NCBI GenBank assembly: GCA_013265495.1
Contig: MU057651.1
Span: forward strand, 2,394,948-2,458,947
Length of the DNA stretch: 64,000 nt
Source of the DNA: Vicugna vicugna
Taxonomy: Eukaryota
Reading direction: 5' to 3'
Below the pieces are notes generated by a model. It worked only from the letters and a program-made list of their open reading frames with translations, had not been told where the DNA came from and ran no database searches. The translations under genes were made by a program, and so were the position numbers. The number at the start of each line of letters is the position of its first letter. The first letter of the stretch is position 1. Below are positions 1 through 11,450 of this stretch, in pieces.

Positions 1-222
1 ACAATAAATAACAAATTTGGTCCTCCTGGGCCGGTAATGATATTTTTATAAATCTTTGTAATGCTGTTTTTAAAAGGATCAGGGTCTGCGCCCGTCTGAT
101 ACTCCAGCGAGGGCTGGAGGAAGCAAGCGCATCATTGTCATGAAGTGGTCCAGGCTTCCTTGTCTCCCATCTCACGCGTCGTTTGTTCTCCGCTAACACC
201 CTTCTTTTCTCTCTCTCTCCAG

Positions 223-276
223 ATAACCTGAGGACGATGGACGCGGATGAGGGTCAAGACATGTCCCAAGTTTCAG
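223..276 (+). CDS. IKZF1: IKZF1 exon 2 (first coding exon; ATG at 237-239; MDADEGQDMSQVS-G)
   Basis: (CT)n tract and AG at 221-222, ATG in strong Kozak context (A at -3, G at +4), donor CAG|GTGAGA at 277. The 40 coding nt translate to the Ikaros N-terminus. Confidence 0.97.
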
Positions 277-1464
277 GTGAGACCTTGAGGGACCCCTCGC
301 TCCACGGGGCCTCTGGACCTCAGGCGCTCGCCGCGTCCCGGGGCAGGAGGAGGGCTGATTGTGCAGAATGAAAGACCGAGATGGGATTGGGGTCAACGCT
401 CAACGTCAGCTCCTAGACAGGATCCCAGTGTGGGAACCCGGGTGATGACATGAGGGCTCCCGTTCAGCCTGAGCACCGCTGGGCAAGGTTCCAGTGAGGC
501 TGGGTCCTCCTGGGGAGGGACGATGACTCAGTGGTCGGCCCTAGACCCCCAAACACACGCCAGTGGAGGTGTCCGGAAAAGAGTGAATGGTGGGAGGGAG
601 GAGAAGGCAGCATGAGACATGCATCTCCGTATGTTTACTTCGGGCCATGTTGGATGTAGCTCTTCCCATCATGGGAGACCCAGGACCGGGGTCGGCGGTC
701 GTGGGGTGAGCCCTGGGCTGGACCACAGCCGGTCACATTCGGCGACTCCGAGGAGGGTGGGCCACCAGCCAGTCCAGCCGGGCCTGCCCGGCCCCCGGAT
801 TTTCAGGTGTAGGGACCCCAGGGCTGTCAGCAGCCTCGGGGCTTCCAGCATCTCATATGTTAGGGCCTCGGGCTCGTGGTCAGTCCCAGGTGGGCCTCTG
901 GGCAAGAATGACGTGTGTTGTCCTCCGGGCGGGGCCAGCCTGTGCCCACGGGTCCCCAGGTTGCTCCTGAGGTCTGCCTCGCGGGCTGAGTCGGTCCTCA
1001 CGATGGAGACCAGGACCGCACGTGTGGTGTTCAGGAGAGCAGAGGCCGGTCCCCCCCACCTGGAGACCACAGCCATCCCCCTCCTCCTCTGCCTCCCGGC
1101 CACCCGCTCCCATCATTCCGGGCTTTGAAAAGACCAAGCAGAAGGCTGGCTGTTCACGGTGGCATCGAGGCGCTTGGTGGACAGTTGGCAACAGTGAAGA
1201 CTGGCCCTCAGGTTTCACATTATCTGTATCACCTCAAGTCGTGTTGGAGGAACTTGCTCGAGACACACCTCCCCTCCCACCTGCCCGAAGTATTTCAACA
1301 GACGTTCCCGGCAGCGTTGGGACCTCCACGCCCTCGTCCATACAGCTCTTAACAGGGAGGGTGGCGTGAATGTAGTTGTGTGGAAAGACACCCAAAATGT
1401 ACGTGAGAGTGAAAGAAAAACAGGGTGTTTCAGGATGCTGTGCAAAGTATGATCTCATTCTATC

Positions 1465-1622
1465 TTTTTTCTTTTTTTAAGGATTAATTTTGATTTTTCG
1501 AGGGGGAGGTTCATTTATATATACATTTTTAAGTTTATTTTTTCAGTGGAGGTGCTGGGGGTGGAACCCAGGACCTCGTGCATGCTAAGCACGTGCTGTA
1601 CCGCTGAGCTCCACCCTCCCCC
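1465..1622 (-). mobile_element. tRNA-derived SINE, Vic-1-like (camelid)
   Basis: Reverse complement of a GGGAGGGTGGAGCTCAGCGGTACAGCACGTGCTTAGCATGCACGAGGTCCTGGGTTCC head (Pol III A/B boxes) with an A-rich tail. Confidence 0.9.
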
Positions 1623-3701
1623 TCGTGTGATCTTATTTAAAATGGAAACGAATCGTGCACACACACAGAGACGCTTTGCACACGCCTGCACATACATGTC
1701 AGAAACACGGGCTGCTAACAATTGCTTAGGAAAATTCTGGAGTGCTATGTATTTAATCTGGACCTCCTCTCGGAAGACGGGATGGAAGGAAAGGATGGCT
1801 TATGGTAGGAGGGAGGGACACTGGCTTTTTGTCTTCTGCTTTTCAGCATGATTTGAATTTATTTCCCTTAAGCGCATCCTTTTTAGAAGTACAGGACATC
1901 AAACTATCGAACACAAAAACAAAAACAAAAGACCTTTGACTCTTTGAAGCCCCTGGTCCTGCCCCAGGGAAGTGGGTTCCAACCCCCGGGATTGCAGACC
2001 ACGGCGCGCGGTGATTGGAGTGTCAGAAACACGGGGCGCTAACCATTGCAAAGGTGAAGAGAGACCCCATCATGGTTTCTGTTCTCCTGCCTACACTTTG
2101 CTTCCTCCTGGGCAACTTCTAAGCTGGCATCTTGCACGTTGCCCGTAAGAGGAGACCCTGAATCGGTTTACGGAAAAAAAATAGATTTTTCTAGGTGGGA
2201 CCCTATAAAATTGCAGCCACCAGAGCTGAAGGATTTTTCCAGCGTCAGCAGTGTCGTGGCGGTCCACCTGCTCCGTGCAAAACAGTCACTCGAGAAACAG
2301 AGAAATACTTCGTATCTGACTTTTTTATTCAATCTACCGGGTTCTGTCTTCCCTGAGGTTTGCCCTGCGTGTGGACTGAGCCCTCATCTTGCAGATAATA
2401 GACACTCGATAAACATTTACCGCTCTGTCCCCTCCAGTGTTGGGACAATGCCATGAAATGGGCTTGGAGGGGAGACGAGACATGCTTTCCTTTAGGGCAC
2501 ATCTTGTTCGTTCTTTTGGTAAGTTTTTCTTTCTTTCTCAGGACTTTATCCAAATAATTTATTCCACGAGTGCGTGATTTTTTTTGTCGGGGTTTCTCAG
2601 GGAAGAGCCGACCTGTGGGAGAATGGGATTGTGAGATGTGAGTCAGCGCCCCATCCCTGCCTCTGCCTCGGACCCCAGAGCCTTTGCCTGGCCTCCTGGA
2701 CCACTGTGGTGGCACCTGGAAAAGGAGGGGCTGGAGCCGTTTCATCTTAGAGGGTCCCCGGGTCCCGTGGCCCTAAAGCTGGGATGTTTTCTGAACGGCA
2801 GTGTGCTGTGTTTGTTGGAAGCAGGAGACAAGAGATGCTGTGTGTAGCCCTGTGCCATCCGACCAGGGACGTGGTGGAGTGAGTCACGATGACTGAAAGC
2901 GTCTGTTGACCAAACACTGCCCTCGGCGTTTGACTCCTTCCGGCTTTTCAAGACCCCATTGAAGGAGATGCTGGTCCCAGCTTCAGTTCGCAGGGCGCTG
3001 GGCCTCGGAGAGTTTCAGTAACTGAGCAGAATCCCGGAGGGGGGGCCAGACAGGGTGCTCTGGGCAGGCTCCCCACCTCTTCTCTGGAGCTGAGAGGCTC
3101 TTTTCCGAACATTTTTATCCACCCCCCCAGGGATTGCGTTAACCTGGGTGATTGTAGATTGTAAAACTTCACACACTAGGGACACAGGAGCGACAGGTGC
3201 GTTGTAGTCTCCGTGAGAAATTATCTGTTGGCTGTTGATGAGATAACTAGACAACTTTCTCCTCTGATTTCTCCAAAACACGTCTCATCGGTAAGGCTGC
3301 CTGTGACACGTGGGCAGCAGGGGAAGTAAATACAGACCGGCAAGAAGTTCCTTTCATTTTTCTAAGAAGTCAAAAGATACTGGGCTTCGTAAGTGAGTGG
3401 CTCTACCTGCTCGGCGCCTTGCCGTCTGCAGTTCTGTGCATGTCGCGGCGCGCACGTGTCCCTGGGGAAAATGTGTCTGATTTTGCAGGACGTCACAGTT
3501 TACAGAATCATCCCATGAGCTGCCTGGGTATATCAGCATTCACGCATCATGGTTTTTCATTCTCACAACGGCCCTGGGAGCGAAGAGCCAAAATCACGTT
3601 CTGCAGCCTCATTTCACTCTTGAGGACAGAGTCTTAAAGAGGCCAGTGATTCCGTGTTCCCACCAGAGCCAGCTCGGAGCTGTACCCCAGGTCAGCTAAT
3701 T

Positions 3702-4150
3702 TCTAGTCGCAGTGTTTTTTTTGTTTTTGTTTTTGTTTTAATAGACTTTTTTTTTTTGCTGTTGGCTTCTTTTTTTTTAATTTTTTAAAATTTTTTTCCT
3801 TGTTACACTGTTGGGTTTTTTAAATAGATTTTTTTTTTTGCCACTTGGTTCTTTTCTAAACATTTTTTTCTAGTCACAGTGGTTTTTTTTTGTTTGTTTT
3901 TAATAGACTTTTTTTTTTTTTGCTGTTGGCTCTTTTTTTTTAAATTTTTAAAAATATTTCCTAGTCACACTGTTGGGTTTTTTAAATAGATTTTTTTTTT
4001 TTGCCACTTGGTTCTTTTCTAAACATTTTTTTCTAGTACAGTGTTTTTTGTTTGTTTGTTTTTGTTTTAATAGACTTTTTTCTTTTTTTTTTTTCGTTGG
4101 TTTTTTTTTTTTAAATTTTTATAATTTTTTCTTTTTTCACTTTTTGGTTT
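3702..4150. repeat. T-rich higher-order tandem array (A-B dimer, period about 165 bp, about 2.7 copies)
   Basis: tctagt(c)acagtg-type starts recur at 3702, 3869 and 4032; cct(a/t)gt(c/t)acactgttggg recurs at about 3798 and 3959. Confidence 0.9.
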
Positions 4151-4246
4151 TTTTAATTTATTTTTATTTTAATGGAGGGACTGGGGATCGAACCCAGGCC
4201 CTCGCGCATGCCAAACCCACGCCATGCCCCTGAGCTGCGCCCTCCC
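4150..4246 (-). mobile_element. Vic-1-like SINE whose tail adjoins a tandem array
   Basis: aatggagggactggggatcgaacccaggccctcgcgcatg...tgagctgcgccctccc, the same family as the other copies. Confidence 0.88.
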
Positions 4247-5475
4247 GCTCTAGTCACACTGTTTCACTATCTGGAATGGGTCAACCTGATTTAATAACTT
4301 GACTTTTTTTATCTTTTCTCATCTCCCTGTGGTTTTGCATTGTAAGCACTTATGTGGGTAAATTTGTTTAAAAGCAAGAAATATGGCTGCTTCTCGTGAA
4401 GGTTTTGACTAAGTGGCCGACATTCGCCGTGCAAATCTCCAGCCGTTAAAGGGTCTGAGGGTCACTGGGTACAAAAGCCATTCGTGTGTCAGCAGACAGT
4501 GCTCAGACTCTGGGGCTTTTAGGCAAATCAGAGGACCTGCTAGAAGGCATCACGGAGTGGCGGCGAGGTGGGTGACAGCAGGGCACATGGTGGGCACCTG
4601 GCTTTTTGTGACACATGAGAAGCAGGGGAAGTAAACATAAAGAGCAGAGAAGTTTCAGTCATTTTCCTAAGAGGTAAAATATACCACACTTCCTAAATTA
4701 GTGGCTTTAGCTGCCTTCTCCAGTTCTGACTTTCTGCCGGGTGCATGGCACACCTGTGCCAAGACGGACAGTCCTGTTCCTCCTCGTCCCCGGGCGCTGC
4801 TCCTGCGCGGGGAGCCCCGATCGATGAGCCCGACCCGGGGCCTCTTAGAACCATTGTTCCTTCTCCTCCCCCGTGTGGTCCCAGAGGAGCGGCTGGGCTG
4901 AGCTGGCACCTCGTTCCGCGCCGGAGCCCCTCCAGGCTGAAGAGCACGTCCAGCACCCTCGACACGCTGTCGCTGGTCTTGTTCGTAAACAGCGGGTCAG
5001 CTCAATTTGCAGGAAGGTTCGTGGGCTGGATTTGCACATGCACGGAGCAGAGAGACAGCACTCCCTCCCCGGATGAGCGCCGGTTCTCTCTGCTCAACCC
5101 TTGGCTCCTGCAGGCTTTCGTATCCGAGCTGACCCCAGAGTTCTCCAAAGTTATCACCCACCGAAAGACCGCGATAAAGAAACACAGCCATGCCACTGAG
5201 TGCCTGCACCTGTGGCTCCCACCCACCTGTAATAATGACACTGGTTCATCGTAAAGGCACGTGTGCGCACCCCACACTCTGCATGTTGAGTCATCGGGTC
5301 CTTTTGTTAGGCTGGCGTGGGTCTCCAAGGCCAGCTTCGGGGAGGGGTCTTCGTGGAAGTGAGTGGCCTGGGTCTTCGCTCTTCCAGCCCCTCCAGCCTA
5401 TGATGCCCCCACCGTGCACAGAAACCTAGTTTCATATATTTGAACTTCAGTGTGAGATTATTCCTATCCCAAAAA

Positions 5476-5528
5476 GGAAGGAAGGAAGGAAGGAAGGAAG
5501 GAAGGAAGGAAAGAAGGAAGGAAGGAAG
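5476..5528 (+). repeat. (GGAA)n microsatellite
   Basis: 9 perfect GGAA, then AGAA, then 3 GGAA. Confidence 0.95.
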
Positions 5529-5771
5529 AGAGAAAGAAAAAAAAAGTTTCGTATATTGAACTTCTGTGTAAGATTATTCTTACCCAAGAAAAGCAAAAAG
5601 AAGTCTTCAAAGTAGGAAAACCCTTCCTCTAGGAAATTATCCGGAAAAAAGGGTTGGCAGGTGGTTCACGTGCATCCCTCATTCTCGTAATCAGAGCTTT
5701 CTTTTCCCCATTTTTGAAATGGGTGAAAAGTGAGGCCAAGACTTTAGCTATTGCTACTTAAGAAAAAAAAA

Positions 5772-5875
5772 TTCTTCTTATTGCACTGTAGTTGATTTAC
5801 AATGTTACTTTCAGGCGTCCAGCAAAGTGATCCTGTTAGACACAGACACAAATGTGTATTTTCTTACCAGAAAAG
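5772..5875 (-). mobile_element. L1 3' end fragment (L1MA-like)
   Basis: ttattgcactgtagttgatttacaatgtt...tttcaggcgtccagcaaagtgat matches the antisense L1 3' terminus as recalled. Confidence 0.7.
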
Positions 5876-7626
5876 TAGCTATTTCTACTTTTAAAATCAT
5901 CTGTTTAGGGCATTGACGGTATCATGGATGCAACGCGCAGTTACGAGGCGTGAGCGTAACACGGGGACTTTTGATCAATTCCTCTCTGGCCTCTGGTTTT
6001 CCCTCGGAAGGAGCTCAGAGCCCGGCCCCGTCTTTAACAATTCATCTTGCATCGGCCACCCAAGTGCGCCCGATGATGCTGTCTCTGAAAAGATGCCAGT
6101 TGAGGTGACGACCGTGGAGCTGGAATGTGCAAGTGTGACGTGCATTTGCTAGGCAACGCGATGCCATCCCGCAAAGCATCGCCTTGGTGCCTGGCGGGTC
6201 CTGTTTCAAATGATTCCCGGCAGGGGCGTCTCCTGGGCTGGGGACCCTCGCCCGGGTCCCGCCCGTCCTCTGACGGGCTGATCCTGGTCTTGCGGGCGGT
6301 TTAGTCAAACACACGGGAATGGCTCCCTCTGCCTCGCTGTGTCTGCTGGGCCTCATTTGTGTGCCCTCCTGCAGGAACGGGTGTCCGCGTGGAAAGCGCC
6401 TTTTGTGCGTGAAGCCACGTGGCCAGCCCAGCCGTCAGACACGTGGTCCCAGCCTGTCACTTCGTACGGACCTTCATGTCAACCGGCCTTCCCCAGCGCC
6501 CCGATGGGCTGTTCCGTACCCACCCGGGCTCCACTCCATCTCTTCCCTTGCCCGTGGTTTACGTCTCCCAACTCGATTTTAGGTTTCATCTAGGTTAGAA
6601 GATGCCGGAGGCTCAGCTTCGAAGGAAGCAGGATATTTGGTACCAAGTCCCCGATTCCCAGGAGTGGGAGTGAGGTTCCCATTTGGGGAGCTTCTGCAGA
6701 CACGTTTTCTCATTCAGGCGTTTTGCGTTTGGCAAAATCCTGCCGGCGAAGGATAAGCCACTTCCCTGTGGGTTCTGTTTTGCTTTCGTGTTTCGTGGAC
6801 TTTCTGTGCAGGTGGAGGGGAGATCGTGTTCCGGGAGGCGTGGGGTTGCCTGGGCTTGTTCCTGTCTCCCCGAGTTCATGGAATTAGGCAGCTGGCAAAG
6901 TGCTCCCCAGCTTTTGGGGAAAAAGAGGGGTGTGGACCCAGAACGTGGAGCCCTGAGCAGGACGCCTGGAAAGCAAGCTAACGTGAGGATGTAGGGGCAG
7001 GTCTGCAGGAGGGGGAAAGTGGACCAAAATTCCAAAGATGCTTTGCACCCAGGCGTAAACCTTCCAGGAGTCACACGACGGTGATTACTCAGCCAGCAAA
7101 GGCCGGCTGGGGGGATGTCCACCGCAGTGCTATCTCCCCCCCGCCAAAAAAGATGTAAAAACAATCAAAGGTCAAAAGCAGAGGAAAGATTTACATAAAG
7201 GATTCCACCGACATGGGCAATACAGTTGTGGTCACGGGCACAGAAGGGTGTTGATGAGAATGTCTGAAAAACGACATTCATTGCACAAATTCAATACATC
7301 CCTGAGCGTCTTCGTTGATGTGAAATTACACGTGTGCGTGTGCACACATACACACGCACCAGAATTGCAAGCGTGGTCATCGTGCCGGGGTCGCAGCGGA
7401 TTTAGCTGGCTTTCGCGTCTGTGTTCTCTTGTCTGGGGGCTCGGCAATGACACTGTTTTATGAAAAGGAGAATGGATGCTGACCCCCACGGGGAGGCATT
7501 CACTCCGTCCAGCAGTTCATGCCGTCCCCTCGAACCCGGGGTCTCCCTGCCGGTCCGTGCGCAGTGACCGCCACCCTCCGGGGTGACCGCGTCCCCCAGA
7601 ACTCAAGCTCTTCCTTGTGTCCACAG

Positions 7627-7746
7627 GGAAGGAGAGCCCTGCTGTCAGTGACACTGCGGACGACAGTGAGGAACCCATGCCGGTCCCCGAGGACCTGTCC
7701 ACCACGTCCGGAGGGCAGCATAATTCCAAGAGTGAGAGAGGCATGG
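7627..7746 (+). CDS. IKZF1: IKZF1 exon 3 ([39 protein letters not shown]; contains PEDLS CtBP-binding motif)
   Basis: ccacag| acceptor and |gtaagt donor, 120 nt, phase 1-1. Peptide matches Ikaros residues 14-54, including PEDLS. Confidence 0.97.
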
Positions 7747-8269
7747 GTAAGTGGCCCGGCCGCGTCCCCTGAGCTGTGGACCCTTTACATCCTCCCAGAG
7801 AGAGTGGTCAGGTGGCGTGAGTCACCTGACCTGGTGCTTCCCCTCAAACCCCGAAATACAGGTCAGCAGGACGGGAGACGCGGCTCAGCGTGTCCCCGAG
7901 CAAAGTGACCGAGTCGGGGAGCCCCAGCCCCCTAGCTGGGGTCGTCTGTCCCCTGGTCTCTGCAGGAAGACATGGGTGGTAGACTGTGAAAAGTGCACAT
8001 TTCAAGTGTCCTGGCAAAAGAGCTTTCATTTTTGGAGCTTTGGTTTTAGAAGCAGCCGGATCTGGCCACCTTATGTTAACCTCTCTCATCCTTGTTTCTT
8101 CAATGTCCAGTTGGACCAAAACCAGAAAATCTGATAAGCAGACATTTCTTAATGTGAAACATAGGCCCAGATAATCTCGGCGAGCGGACACTTATGTCTC
8201 TTTTCCGTATTTGCCATCTCGCCCACCGCCCCCCGCCGTTAACTCACCTGTGCTCCGTGTTTAGAAATC

Positions 8270-8380
8270 TTAGAAGAAAACAGAGGCCCAGAGAGGTTGA
8301 GCGAATTCACCAAGGTCAAACAGCAGAGCCAGAGTCAGACTCAGCTTCTGACTCAAAGACCAGTTTTCACTCCATTATAC
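8270..8380. mobile_element. MIR fragment
   Basis: aaaacagaggcccagagaggttgagcgaattcaccaaggtcaaacagc...tctgactcaaagacc (MIR core). Confidence 0.7.
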
Positions 8381-8465
8381 CCCGTTCTCCTCAGCTCATG
8401 AGTCAACAGTTCCTTGAAATATCTGTTGTTGTTTTGTTTTTTTTTAAGAGAGAAAAAAAACTGTC

Positions 8466-8599
8466 GGGGAGGGGGTAGCTCAGCGGGAGAGCGCGTGCTT
8501 AGCATGCACGAGGTCCTGGGTTCCGTCCCCCGGCACTGCCTCCAAAAATAAATAAATAAACCTAATTCCTTCCCTCCAAAAAAACAAATAAATAAAATA
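8466..8599 (+). mobile_element. Vic-1-like SINE
   Basis: ggggagggggtagctcagcgggagagcgcgtgcttagcatgcacgaggtcctgggttcc...aaataaataaacctaattcc plus A tail. Confidence 0.9.
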
Positions 8600-11334
8600 G
8601 AGCAGGGGTCAGCAAATGGTTAAAAAAAAAAAAAAGATTGAAGACACTGCGGTATCGGGAGCCATTTATTTGCAGAAAAGAGTGTCCTGAAGGGTTCACA
8701 GGTGGAACCGAGGCAGAACAGATCCATATGTGGATCGGCCGCGTGAGACCCACAGCCAAGCGGGGTGGCACATGTGACGTTTTCAGGGTTATGATCACCA
8801 CCAGAGTGCTTTTCCGACGCGACATGCTGATGCAGTAACCAAGAAACGGATTTTGTAGGTTTTCATGCGTCTTAGAAACCACGTAGGTTTTATGCACAAC
8901 GGTTCTTTTTTTTTTTTTTGAAGTTAGCTCTACAATTAACTGTACAAACAGGCAAGGCTGATGGCTAAAGCCATTGGGTGTAGCTGAATTAAGTGAATAA
9001 GTGCCTTTGCAAATCGATTTTCCCCGCTCCAAGTGGCTGCTGCCGGTGGGAGGGTCGGTGGGAGAAAGGGTTGGGAGCAGGGCGTGGCCTTCTGCTCTGC
9101 TCCGTGCACATCATTTCAGGGACACGGAAGGCCAAGCTTTGTTGTAACTGATGCTTTTATTTCTAAGACTGTCTTCTGTCTATTCCGAGAGAGGCTGGTT
9201 TTTATGACAGCTACAAAGTTTCCCGTCAAAACCCATTTACATAAATTCAAAAGTCAAATGTAAAGAGAAGCATTAAGCCGATGGTGGTGCGTGTTCGTGG
9301 TAAACATTTGCAAAGGCGGCCGGTGTTCAGTGCCTGAGACGACTGGTGAGGTGGGTCCCTCCCTGTGTCCCTGCATATCGGGCAGCAGACACGCCCCCCT
9401 AACCCTGGACAGACAGAGGGGCCGGGGGACCAGAAGCCGGGAGAGATCGTGCGCACATGTAGCCACGAACCCTTTAAAGGAACCAAAGCCGAGGCGTCAG
9501 AGGGAGGGCTCCAGGGGTCATTAGGGAGAAACTGGGGTGCCTCACCCCAAAATCCCCGCAGGGCTTGGGCATCCTTTAGAGAACTGAAAGTCGGGCCGAT
9601 TCCTGGAGAGTGAAAGGCGCGCGCTCGCTCACCATCCTTGCGATCACCCGCAGCGCATCGCCCCGTGCGGACTTCAACTTGTGGGCTCTTTGCCCAGTAA
9701 GAGGCCGTCAGGCCCCTGGTGGGCGCTTCTGCGGGTCCCCAGGCCGCGCTCTCACGGTGACACTCCGGCCAGGTCCTTCCTAATGCTCACCCGGCGCCCG
9801 TGTGGCCGTGGGGCTGGGGCTGGCCTGTGATGGCCAGCGGTCCCTTTCCCAGTGCCCCCCACCCCGGCCCCGCGTGACCTGTCCCCACGCACGTCTCTGG
9901 TCAGCGCCAAGTTCATACAGAAGGAACTTCAGGGTGGCAAAGCTCCAAACACCCGAGAAATCTCTTTTCTTGGCTTGTAAGGAGAGGTTGCCGGAGCCAC
10001 ATGGACGGGCAGGGAAAGCCCTTTGACAGATTCGGGGGGGGGGCAGGTGGCAAAGGAGAGATGGACCACCGCCTGGAGACCAGAAAGCACAGAAGCCCAG
10101 AGGACGCCCCGCAGCAGAGGGCGGAGGGGTTTGCGGGGACAAGCCAGCAAGGGAGGGCATTGCAGAGAACTGGTGTGTGAGAAACCATCCTTTGCAGGAA
10201 GTCAGCTAACTCCTGCACGTGGTCATGGGTTGGTTGTTAAGGTAATGCATGAGCCGGAGCACTGAACAAATTGATGCATGAGGTGCCAGGACGCAGATTT
10301 TAGAGCTCGGGGAGTTAGTAGATTGAAGGAAAAGGAAGTGCGCTTGCAGCCGGGTTTCGTCAGCTCCACGGGGAGCAGGCAGAAGGCGAGAGGGGTGTCA
10401 GAGGACAGAGCGCAGGAAGCAGAAACTCCTCCCTGCGGAGGAGCAAAGAGGAAGGACTGGGAAGGAGGCAGGGTGTGTGCAGGGGCGGGGAGGGCAGAGG
10501 GAAAATGGAGCTGACAGTCCCCTCCCGCTGAGCCACCCCCCACCCGCCCTCATTTTAAACCGGCAGCCGGATCCAAACACGTCTCACAGAGTGGCTTAAA
10601 TGGAAAAAAAAATGCAAACCTGCTTTGCTGAAGATGGAATACCAGACAGCCAGGAAAAAGGACGACAAAGGGCAGAAAAAGATCTTTCAAAGATTTGTGA
10701 GCATCGTAGCCTCACAGGAGAGACGGGAAAGAGGGTGGGCGCCCAGCAGCCCAAGGAGAGGAATTCAGCTGCTAAGAAAGTCTGAGCCACAGAAGAATCA
10801 AACCAGAAACAGAGCCAGGAAGGCCAGGGGGAGCTAGACTAGGGCAAGACCAGGAGAGAGATGGCGGGGCCGGCTGGCCCCAGACCCAGGTTCAGGTCTC
10901 GGATGCCCGCTATTCCAGGAGAAATTTCCACCAGAATGTCCCAGGAACAGCGAGAGGCCAAACGCTGGTAAAAGGTGGGGAAGCATTTGGTGATGGTAGA
11001 ACGAGAAAAGAGATGTTTTTGAAAGGCGAGGAGCCCTCGTTATCCGTTTTACACCAATCTAATCTCAACCAGGAGAACAGACCGGAGAGTCAGGAGCAAG
11101 ATGTCAGGGAAACAGTGGGAATCAACCCTTTAAGATTGTGGGGCAGGGGTGGGTGCGTCTTAGGGAGGGTGGGCCATTCCCAGAATGAGGAAGGTGATGG
11201 TTTTGCACCTCAAGGCTTCCCCCGGTGTTGAAGAAATTTAAAAAAAAGATACAGGAGAAAAGAGGTGAGAGAAATAAAACCAGGCCAAGGCTGCACCCTC
11301 GCGGGGCTCCAGTTTCTTCCAGTAAGAGAAGCAA

Positions 11335-11450
11335 GGAGCTGAATTGCAGCGTGAAGACTTTGAGTTAGACACGGGGGAGAACTTCCCGGCAGGGAGGGCG
11401 TTAGTCATCGGGGCAGTCTCTGCTTCGTGAGACGATGGCTTGTTCCTCTG
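11335..11450 (+). mobile_element. L3/CR1-like ancient LINE fragment
   Basis: gctgaattgcagcgtgaagactttgagttagacacgggggagaacttccc...agggcgttagtcatcgg resembles the CR1/L3 motif ttgcagcagg..atttaggttagac..aggaagaacttcc. Confidence 0.55.

Noticed and set aside
1913-1927. ACAAAAACA near-perfect RSS nonamers
   Set aside because: No CAC heptamer at 12 or 23 nt upstream; simple (CAAAAA)n repeat.
3875-3881. CACAGTG heptamer in the T-rich array (others at 14610, 33500, 46220, 62431)
   Set aside because: No acceptable nonamer at a 12 or 23 nt spacer; such heptamers are expected by chance.
8466-8540. tRNA-like sequences with A/B boxes (also at other SINE heads)
   Set aside because: These are tRNA-derived SINE heads followed by SINE body and A tail, not tRNA genes.
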